Origin: a virus
Length of the DNA stretch: 64,000 nucleotides
IMG/VR virus record: IMGVR_UViG_3300020419_001178
Location: 81,742 to 145,741 of that record
Strand: one strand, 5' to 3'
Below the pieces are notes generated by a model. The model saw only the letters and a list, made by a program, of their open reading frames with translations. It searched no databases and was not told the DNA's origin. Position numbers and translations under genes: made by a program. Shown here piece after piece: positions 56,439-64,000 of this stretch (positions within the stretch are counted from its first letter, which is position 1; each line of letters starts with the position of its first letter).

Positions 56439-57001
56439 TGTCAATACCAGTTATAGGATTAGATAGAGACGGAACTATCAATGAAGACATAGGGGACTAT
56501 GTTACAAAGCCAGAACAGTTTAAACCTATACAAGGTAGCTTAGAAGCTGTTAAAATGCTAAGAAATAAAGGGTATGACGTTGTCATACTAACTAATCAAG
56601 CAGGCATACAAAAGGGAACAATGGATGAAGTTGATGTTGATATTGTACATAATTATATGATGACACTCTTAGGAGAAATAGGTTGTAAAAGTATTAATGG
56701 ATTATATTATTCAACAACACCTTTTAAAGACGATCCTTATAGAAAACCTAACATAGGTATGTTTAAAAGAGCATCAAGTGAAATTGGAGTAGACTGGACC
56801 AACGGAGTTTATGTAGGAGATAAGATAACTGACTTGAAAGCCGCAGTAAAAGCAAAAGCAAAGCCTATATTAGTAAAAACAGGCTATGGATTAGAAACTG
56901 CTAAAAAGTTAGAAACCTTTGCTAACAAAGAATTAAAGAAAAAGACCGAAGTATACGATAATCTACTAGCTTTTGCCCATTCTTTAGTGGATATTTCCTA
57001 A
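56438..57001 (+). CDS. gmhB: GmhB-like HAD phosphatase (heptose-1,7-bisphosphate phosphatase family)
   Basis: LDRDGTIN, TNQAGI, RKPNIGM, VGDKITD, VKTGYG; lacks the Zn-binding cysteines. Confidence 0.8.
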   Translation: MSIPVIGLDRDGTINEDIGDYVTKPEQFKPIQGSLEAVKMLRNKGYDVVILTNQAGIQKGTMDEVDVDIVHNYMMTLLGEIGCKSINGLYYSTTPFKDDPYRKPNIGMFKRASSEIGVDWTNGVYVGDKITDLKAAVKAKAKPILVKTGYGLETAKKLETFANKELKKKTEVYDNLLAFAHSLVDIS

Positions 57002-57057
57002 AATATTAAAGCTCTACATATCAGTGTAAAACGATAAATACAGTATGGAGCAGTTAA

Positions 57058-57573
57058 ATGAATAAACTTCTGACAAACTTTTTTACAAAAGGGCAAAATA
57101 ATTCAATATTATTACCTAGTAGATCTAATTTCAGCTTTAGAGGAAGCTGGATAGCAGTTCAAAGAAACAACACTATATTAGATAAATTTCATCTAGGAGA
57201 TTTTAGTAGTGCTATGTACCAAGTCGCTGTCGAATTTGATTCAAACGAAAAAGAAACAATGCAGATTTCTGTAGTAGCTAGACCGGACAGAGCAGTTGTT
57301 TCGATATTTGGTAGGGCTACAATTAACCAAGAATTAATAACTGTCACTGCGGCAGTTGATGCCAGTAGTGTATATCTATATGCTAGTCCAAAATCAAACA
57401 CGTATTTAGGCAGTAAAGTAACATTTCATGCCACGTATGCTCAAGCAATACACCAGTTAACTCCGCCAGCGATTGTCGCAGATACATCGACTGAGGCGTC
57501 ATCTGGAATAAATACTTTTGATGCTACAACTAGCACATTTGATAAAACTAATGTAACATTTGATAGGACGTAA
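57058..57573 (+). CDS. Structural protein
   Basis: Late promoter at 57035; C-terminal TFDxTxxTFD motif. Confidence 0.55.
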   Translation: MNKLLTNFFTKGQNNSILLPSRSNFSFRGSWIAVQRNNTILDKFHLGDFSSAMYQVAVEFDSNEKETMQISVVARPDRAVVSIFGRATINQELITVTAAVDASSVYLYASPKSNTYLGSKVTFHATYAQAIHQLTPPAIVADTSTEASSGINTFDATTSTFDKTNVTFDRT

Positions 57574-57575
57574 CA

Positions 57576-59063
57576 ATGGCAAAATCAGTAATTAACGTAG
57601 GTACAGCCGCAAACGATGGAACAGGTGATAATCTTAGAGCAGGTGCCGCAAAGATTAATGCCAACTCTGATGAGCTGTATAACGCAATAGGTGACGGCAC
57701 AACCTTAAAAGACATCATCAATTCAAATCTTGAACTTGATGTACCAAACGATAACGCAAAAATAAACAAAGTAAGTTTTCATGCGTCAACACTAAACCAA
57801 ATGAATGCTATAGACACAAGCACATATCATGGTGCTTTACTTCATGTTCATGAAGGTGGTAGTGTATATGTAGCACACGCTGGAGCATGGCACAAGATGC
57901 TTTTAGATGCTAGTGCCGGAGCAATTACAAATTACACTGATCCATTGAAGTCAGTAGCATACATAGGAAATATTAATTCATTATCAGACGTTGATACAAC
58001 AAGTTCAGCACCACAGACAGGAAACGTTCTTAAGTGGGACGGTGGTAAATGGGCACCAGGTACAGACGCAACAACAGGCGGAAGCGGTACTGACGCTGAT
58101 ACACTTGACGGCTTCGATAGTGCTTACTTTTTAAATTACAATAATCTAAATAATAAACCTACTGTTCCGACATCACTTACAGGCTTAGGTATTACAGATG
58201 GTTCAAATGGACAAGTTTTAACTACTAATGGTAGTGGTACATTTACTTTTACTACAGTCAGTAGCGGTAGCACACAGAATCTATTTGCTACATTCGGCGG
58301 AGACACAGGAACTACAACAGCAAACTCAATTACTGATACACTTACAGTAGCAGGTGGTGCTAATATTAGTACAAGTATAGTTGGTGATACACTTACTATT
58401 GCTTATACAGGTTCGCCTAACTCAGGAGAAGAAAACCAATTTGCTTTTAGTAATGTTCAATCTGATTCAGGACTAGCACAAGCTGATTCTAAAACAGACA
58501 CGCTAACAATAGCAGGTGGTACGAATATTTCTACAGCAGTATCAGGAGATACAGTAACAATTAATTATTCTGGAACAAACAACTTAACAAGTTTGGCAGA
58601 TACAACTATTACAAGTCCAGGATCAGGAGCTTTGTTTGCTTATAGCGGTTCTTCCTGGATAGACTTGAATCAAAAGATTGACCAAGTTGCCTATCAAGCA
58701 ATTACAAGATTAAAAGTTACAGCAGACTCATTCAATGGTTATAAATTTGATCAATACGGAAATACAGAAGACCCTATCATTTTTGCGATCAACGGAACAA
58801 CTATTGCGTTTGATTTAAATGACAGTTCAATGAGCAGTCATCCATTCCAAATTGAAACAAGTGGTGGTACTGCTTACAGTGAAGGACTTGTTCACGTAGC
58901 AAATAACGGAACAGAATCAACAGGATCATCTGCTCAAGGTAAAACATCAGGTACTTTATATTGGAAGATACCTTCAGCAATAAGTGGTAACTATGCTTAT
59001 CAGTGTACTAGTCATGGTGCCATGAGAGGTACTATTACTGTTAAACAGATAAGTGCGATTTAA
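57576..59063 (+). CDS. gp9/gp10-like baseplate/fibre protein with a C-terminal cupredoxin-like domain
   Basis: INVGTAANDGTGDNLRAG..KIN N-terminus; DADTLDG; HPFQI...YQCTSHGAMRG. Confidence 0.7.
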   Translation: MAKSVINVGTAANDGTGDNLRAGAAKINANSDELYNAIGDGTTLKDIINSNLELDVPNDNAKINKVSFHASTLNQMNAIDTSTYHGALLHVHEGGSVYVAHAGAWHKMLLDASAGAITNYTDPLKSVAYIGNINSLSDVDTTSSAPQTGNVLKWDGGKWAPGTDATTGGSGTDADTLDGFDSAYFLNYNNLNNKPTVPTSLTGLGITDGSNGQVLTTNGSGTFTFTTVSSGSTQNLFATFGGDTGTTTANSITDTLTVAGGANISTSIVGDTLTIAYTGSPNSGEENQFAFSNVQSDSGLAQADSKTDTLTIAGGTNISTAVSGDTVTINYSGTNNLTSLADTTITSPGSGALFAYSGSSWIDLNQKIDQVAYQAITRLKVTADSFNGYKFDQYGNTEDPIIFAINGTTIAFDLNDSSMSSHPFQIETSGGTAYSEGLVHVANNGTESTGSSAQGKTSGTLYWKIPSAISGNYAYQCTSHGAMRGTITVKQISAI

Positions 59064-59072
59064 GGATAGATT

Positions 59073-59624
59073 ATGACAACTGTTATTAATGAAAAATTCC
59101 AAGCACAAAACGGATTTGAAAGTCCAAATTTTACTGTAGATAGTACAGGAAATATTAAAGCACCAACTATTGACGTTCAATCTATTTTGCTTAACGGAAC
59201 ACAGTTTGTTCAATACGTAGCACCAGCTGATGATGATGACGATACTGGTACAACTGTTTCTAATAGCTTTGATAGTTTAGCTGTTACAGGTGGAGTATTC
59301 AAAGTAAATTATCAGAACAGTACAATACTTTCTGTAATTAACGGCAGAGTAACAATTAATAACAAAGGCATTTCAGGAAACATTGATAATGTTGATATAG
59401 GTTACACAACAGCAGGACAAATTAGAACTTATGGAATTGATATGACAAACGCACCAGACAGTACAGCAAGTCAAATCAATTTAAACGGAGCATCAGTAAG
59501 CGGAGATTTAAATATGAGTGACAATGTTGTGTTAGCAAAAGATCCGTCATTAACAACACACGCATCAAGAAAAGGATATGTAGACGCAACGGCAACAGCC
59601 TTAGCAGTAGCATTTGGAGCATAA
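59073..59624 (+). CDS. Structural protein
   Basis: KGYVD...ALAVAFG fibre C-terminal motif. Confidence 0.55.
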   Translation: MTTVINEKFQAQNGFESPNFTVDSTGNIKAPTIDVQSILLNGTQFVQYVAPADDDDDTGTTVSNSFDSLAVTGGVFKVNYQNSTILSVINGRVTINNKGISGNIDNVDIGYTTAGQIRTYGIDMTNAPDSTASQINLNGASVSGDLNMSDNVVLAKDPSLTTHASRKGYVDATATALAVAFGA

Positions 59625-59627
59625 AAT

Positions 59628-62600
59628 ATGGCAAAGAAAAAAATTGTAGAGTATAGATTTTACCCGGGAATAGGAATTAACGATAGTCTTTACCCTAATG
59701 CGTATGCTCTTATTACAGCTAACAAAGCCTTTATACAAAAAGAAGTAACAGCTTGGATTGCTAGGCAAGTACAACTAAACGCAACAGGATTTGTTGGTTA
59801 CACATATGATGCGTCTAAGTGCGAGAGAGACACAGGTTATAATGTAGATGCTTGGGCACACGATTTAACCTATGGTGGTAATCAGGAAACAACAAGAATA
59901 GCAAACACATACTGGGAAGGTGATGTTGCCCAACTAGATGGTGATAGACAAGCTGAAATATTAGCAAAAGGATTTACAAGAGACTTAATTAACAATCATG
60001 TTATTACTAATAGTCCTCAAGGTACACCATACCAATCTACAGTAGCACAGGTTACAAATTCTAATACTGGAGAATCGGCGGCTAGCACAAGAGTTCAGCT
60101 ATTAGCACAGATTGTAATAGATGTAATTACTACAGGAACAAGTGCGTTACCTACTTTCGAAAGAAAAGGATTAGGACATATAAGATTCCCAGGTAATTAT
60201 GATACAAGTGACCTATTAATTGTAACAAATACAACCAAAGCTACGGTAATTTACAACTTTACTGATCCTCTTAAAGGTGGTAAAGTAACTAGAGAAGATG
60301 ATGTTACACCGAGAGACTCAGGTGGATATGTTATCAAATATGATACAACTGATGCGAACAGTGATGCTGATGATGACTTTCCAAAATATTTACAAACAAC
60401 AGACAGTATTGCTGTATTAGATCTTAATTTTAACACAAGTAATATGTTAGCAAATGATGAGTTACAAATATTCATCGATTCACCAGAACAAACAATTAGA
60501 CCATTTGATTTTGGTACAGATGCTATTGAAAGAATCAGAGTAGCACAACCATTAAGTATGCTTGATGCTGACTTTGAATACGGCTTACAGCCTACAAAAT
60601 GGTCAGCTATTGGTATGATGAGAGGCTATCCAAGTATTTACGAACTGCCTGGTACTGATACACAAGTTTTATCTGTGACTACAGATGCTTCATCAGGTAC
60701 AGCAGGCATTGGTGCTAGTAGAATTACTGTAACAACCATAGGTGCTCACGGGTTTGAACCAGGTACACCGATATCAATTAAAGCATTAGAAGATGCTGTT
60801 GTTGGTGCGGCTAGAGGTGAAGGTTCATTTATAATCGATGATGTACCAACTCCTAATACATTTAGATTTTTTGCGAAATCTAAAGTTGGTACTACTAATG
60901 GACAAGTGCTTTCAACAACATATACACAACTTAGACAAGGTGCTTTTTACACTGGTGCTAGTGTAGGACAGCCACAATTTATAGTTTCTAGTAATGGTAC
61001 TAATGGTACTATGACTCTTGCTTTGGCGGCACAGGTAGGCGAAAACAGATTAGCATTTACAGGAGATGTTCCAGAAATAGGTGCGCCTATTGTTAATGCG
61101 GCATTTCCAACAGGAACACAAGTTTCAGGTATAAACAGTACACCAGGTGGTACTCCTTTGTCGATGAACTTATCACAAGACATTAGTCCGGGTAATACAT
61201 CATTCACAGTCAGTAGCACAACTAATATTACCCAAGGCCAAGCCGCTAATAACGGCTCAGGTGACGCGATATTTGTTAACAGTATTGTTGGTAATACAGT
61301 AAATATGAGTGGACAGTTTACAACTAGTATTGCTAGAAACACGCAAACTTATACAGCAGTAAGCGGAAGTATAACTGCGCCAGTTGGAACCAACGCACAA
61401 TTTGATATTAATAGATCAGGAGTAAATTATTCAATTACAACTGTTAGTCAAGCAGGCTCAGGATACAGACAGGGTGACGTAATTAAGATTACAGGTAATA
61501 ACTTAGGTGGATTTACTCCAGCAAATGATGCTGAGATTGTTGTAGCAACTGTTAATGGATCAGGCGGGGTACTGACAGCAACTATATCAGGAACAGCATT
61601 AAGCGGAAGTGTTACATATCAAGATGTAGCGTCAACTTATAATCATGGAAGTGGTACTTGGGGATCGTCAACAGTAGATATAAGTTACGAAAATGACGCT
61701 TATTCTTCAATTTCTATAGCTAGTCCGAACGATACAACAGGGTATGCTGTAAACGATGGATTAAGAATACAAGGTTCACAAGTTTTAGGTGGCGGTGGTC
61801 AAGACGGAAGTCAAAACGATAATGGTAATGACTTGGTAGTCAAGGTAGCAACCGTTGGCGCAGGTGGATCAATTTCAAGTTTCAGTATCGTAAATGATGC
61901 TGGTAGAACAGGTACAGCACCAGATAACACAATAAGTTATAGTTTTGGTGGCTCAGGTGGACAAGCGTTTACAGGTGGTTCAGGATCAAGTTTAGAATTT
62001 CAAATTAGTAAAACTGTTGGAGCTTCATCAGCATATTCTTACATGGGATCAAATGGTGGTTCTGGCTATAATACAGCAGATGTTATTGTTTGTTCTGGTG
62101 TAAATTTAGGTGGCGCAAGTCCAGCTAACGATCTATATTTAAGAGTTGTATCAGTTGATGGTAATGGCGGCATAACTGATGTAAGACTAGAAGGTTCAGA
62201 TATATCTTCAATACCAGCAACATTTAATGGTGGTAACTTTCCAGGAAAGACTCTTACAAACTTTAATGGATCAGGAGCAATTTTTGACATAACCAACAAT
62301 GGAACTACTTATAGTGTTGCTGTTGATACACCTGGTACTAATTATATAGATGGACAAAGTTTCACAATAGCAGGAACAGCTTTAGGTGGAGCAAGTCCAA
62401 CTAATGATGCTACAGTTTCAATCACAGCTACAAACTCAACTGGCGCGGCTAGTCAAGGTATAATCCAATCAGTAAACGTTTCTGGTACAGCACCTGCTTT
62501 ACCAACAGACTTTGCGGCCACAGCTGGAGCTAATCAAGCTCATGCTGGTACATTAGGAACTTTTGATGTTACTAGAACACAAGGAACCTATGGTGTAGCA

Positions 62601-64000
62601 CTTAACGGATTCGGTAGTGGATACAAAGCTGGTAACCAAATTACAATCCTTGGTACAGATTTAGGCGGCACAAGCACAGCAAATGATGCTGTAATTGTAG
62701 TTACAGGGGTTGATGGATCAGGCGGATTAAGTTCTGCTACAATAACAGGTACAGGTGTAGGCGGTGGTACACTTAATTTAGTAGGTGGTGTAACACTAAC
62801 AGACTTTACAACAACTACTGTAGCTTCTAGTTCAAGTGTAAACTTTGAAGCATTGTCAACTATTGAGGTTACATGGCCGTACGCACACGGAATTGTACCA
62901 GGTGATACTTTTATTGTCGACGTGAATTCAGATAGTGGAGCAGGCGGAAATAATCACAGCTTGGCTTCAGGATCATTTATAGCAACACAAGTACCTTCGC
63001 AGAAAAAAATTAGATATAACACAAGAGCTCCAGGTTCAATAGCAGAATTTACAGCTGGTACTTCTACAGAAGATAGAATACAAGGTAACGTATACTTACG
63101 TCCAGACAGTTTCTTTGTACATAGACCATATGATGGTGGTGTTCAGTTAGGAACAGGCGGACCACAGCACGGTGCTCAAGCAATTAGACAGAGTAAAAAA
63201 TACATTAGATACCAGTCAGGTAAAGGTATTATGTATACAACTGGTGCTTTATTTGCTCCATCCTATGATGTCAGAAGCATTACAGCTTCTAGTACAGCCA
63301 TAGGAGCAACATTGACAGTCGTGACAGATGATAACGATCACGGTGCTCAGGTAGGTGGTAGAATAAGACTTATTGGAGTAGAAACAAAAGGATACAACGG
63401 CGAATATGTTATCACACAAATCGTTGATGAAAGAACATTACGTTGCTTATCTACTAGAAGATTAGGGTCAACAAATGCTGTACTTGGATTCGGAGCACAG
63501 ATGACAGTCGTTGGCTGGCATGGTGCTACTGTACGTTCAGGAGTATTTGATGATCAGAATGGAATTTATTGGGAGTATGACGGAACCAATGTAAGTGTCG
63601 CTCAGAGAACTTCAACAAGACAGATAGCAGGTACTGGGTCAGTTACTCCAGATAGTAACTTGATAACAGGTAACAATACAAGATTTAGAGACCAGCTTAA
63701 AGCAGGTGATAGAATTGTAGTAAAAGGAATGACGCATGTTGTATCTCATGTAAATTCACAAACAGAAATTACAGTTACTCCAGACTACAGAGGTGTAAAT
63801 GTTTCAGCGGCATGTAAAATTAATTTAATAAGTGACAAAAGAGTACTACAAAATGAATGGAATAGAGACAAACTAGACGGTACAGGTGGTAGTGGATATA
63901 AAATGGATGTAAGATACATGCAGATGATTGGTATCCAATACAGTTGGTATGGTGCTGGTTTCATTGACTGGATGGTTAGAGGTGCTGATGGTAACTTTGT
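59628..64000 (+). CDS. Very large virion structural protein, truncated by the window end (absent from the ORF track)
   Basis: ATG 59628 (MAKKKIVEYRFYPG) with GGAG SD; frame appears open to 64000; repeated GxxLGGxxPxND units. Confidence 0.75.
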   Translation, partial: MAKKKIVEYRFYPGIGINDSLYPNAYALITANKAFIQKEVTAWIARQVQLNATGFVGYTYDASKCERDTGYNVDAWAHDLTYGGNQETTRIANTYWEGDVAQLDGDRQAEILAKGFTRDLINNHVITNSPQGTPYQSTVAQVTNSNTGESAASTRVQLLAQIVIDVITTGTSALPTFERKGLGHIRFPGNYDTSDLLIVTNTTKATVIYNFTDPLKGGKVTREDDVTPRDSGGYVIKYDTTDANSDADDDFPKYLQTTDSIAVLDLNFNTSNMLANDELQIFIDSPEQTIRPFDFGTDAIERIRVAQPLSMLDADFEYGLQPTKWSAIGMMRGYPSIYELPGTDTQVLSVTTDASSGTAGIGASRITVTTIGAHGFEPGTPISIKALEDAVVGAARGEGSFIIDDVPTPNTFRFFAKSKVGTTNGQVLSTTYTQLRQGAFYTGASVGQPQFIVSSNGTNGTMTLALAAQVGENRLAFTGDVPEIGAPIVNAAFPTGTQVSGINSTPGGTPLSMNLSQDISPGNTSFTVSSTTNITQGQAANNGSGDAIFVNSIVGNTVNMSGQFTTSIARNTQTYTAVSGSITAPVGTNAQFDINRSGVNYSITTVSQAGSGYRQGDVIKITGNNLGGFTPANDAEIVVATVNGSGGVLTATISGTALSGSVTYQDVASTYNHGSGTWGSSTVDISYENDAYSSISIASPNDTTGYAVNDGLRIQGSQVLGGGGQDGSQNDNGNDLVVKVATVGAGGSISSFSIVNDAGRTGTAPDNTISYSFGGSGGQAFTGGSGSSLEFQISKTVGASSAYSYMGSNGGSGYNTADVIVCSGVNLGGASPANDLYLRVVSVDGNGGITDVRLEGSDISSIPATFNGGNFPGKTLTNFNGSGAIFDITNNGTTYSVAVDTPGTNYIDGQSFTIAGTALGGASPTNDATVSITATNSTGAASQGIIQSVNVSGTAPALPTDFAATAGANQAHAGTLGTFDVTRTQGTYGVALNGFGSGYKAGNQITILGTDLGGTSTANDAVIVVTGVDGSGGLSSATITGTGVGGGTLNLVGGVTLTDFTTTTVASSSSVNFEALSTIEVTWPYAHGIVPGDTFIVDVNSDSGAGGNNHSLASGSFIATQVPSQKKIRYNTRAPGSIAEFTAGTSTEDRIQGNVYLRPDSFFVHRPYDGGVQLGTGGPQHGAQAIRQSKKYIRYQSGKGIMYTTGALFAPSYDVRSITASSTAIGATLTVVTDDNDHGAQVGGRIRLIGVETKGYNGEYVITQIVDERTLRCLSTRRLGSTNAVLGFGAQMTVVGWHGATVRSGVFDDQNGIYWEYDGTNVSVAQRTSTRQIAGTGSVTPDSNLITGNNTRFRDQLKAGDRIVVKGMTHVVSHVNSQTEITVTPDYRGVNVSAACKINLISDKRVLQNEWNRDKLDGTGGSGYKMDVRYMQMIGIQYSWYGAGFIDWMVRGADGNF

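Noticed and set aside
1-64000. Stop-codon reassignment or selenocysteine readthrough
   Set aside because: Conserved genes are full length and densely packed under the standard code; no in-frame TGA in the Cys-rich genes

Overview
AT-rich segment of a large T4-like (contractile-tail) dsDNA phage genome. The host cannot be determined from this window. Order: a minus-strand baseplate block (PAAR, gp5 spike with a C-terminal GH19 lysozyme, hub-like proteins); gp55 late sigma, gp47/gp46, SufE and a GIY-YIG nuclease followed by a ~400-nt ORF-free, highly base-paired region; a gp26-like tail chaperone divergent from the tape measure; the head module (gp20, gp21, gp22, gp23); then ~40 kb of fibre/structural genes. 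Best leads: (1) three tandem Gly-rich adhesin-like paralogues with ~30 Cys each, followed by a late-promoter operon of tailoring enzymes (GT9-like glycosyltransferase, carbamoyltransferase, 2OG-Fe oxygenases, flavin halogenase, GmhB), a candidate virion-protein decoration pathway; (2) a large pseudoknotted RNA/ssDNA element directly behind the GIY-YIG gene; (3) a stand-alone ~250-nt structured ncRNA with its own sigma70 promoter and terminator after the capsid gene; (4) an apparent -1 programmed frameshift (U UUU UUC plus a 10-bp stem) fusing gp26 to a start-less gp51-like ORF that the ORF track misses. All family calls come from motif recognition by eye and all structures from manual pairing. 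No searches or folding programs were run.
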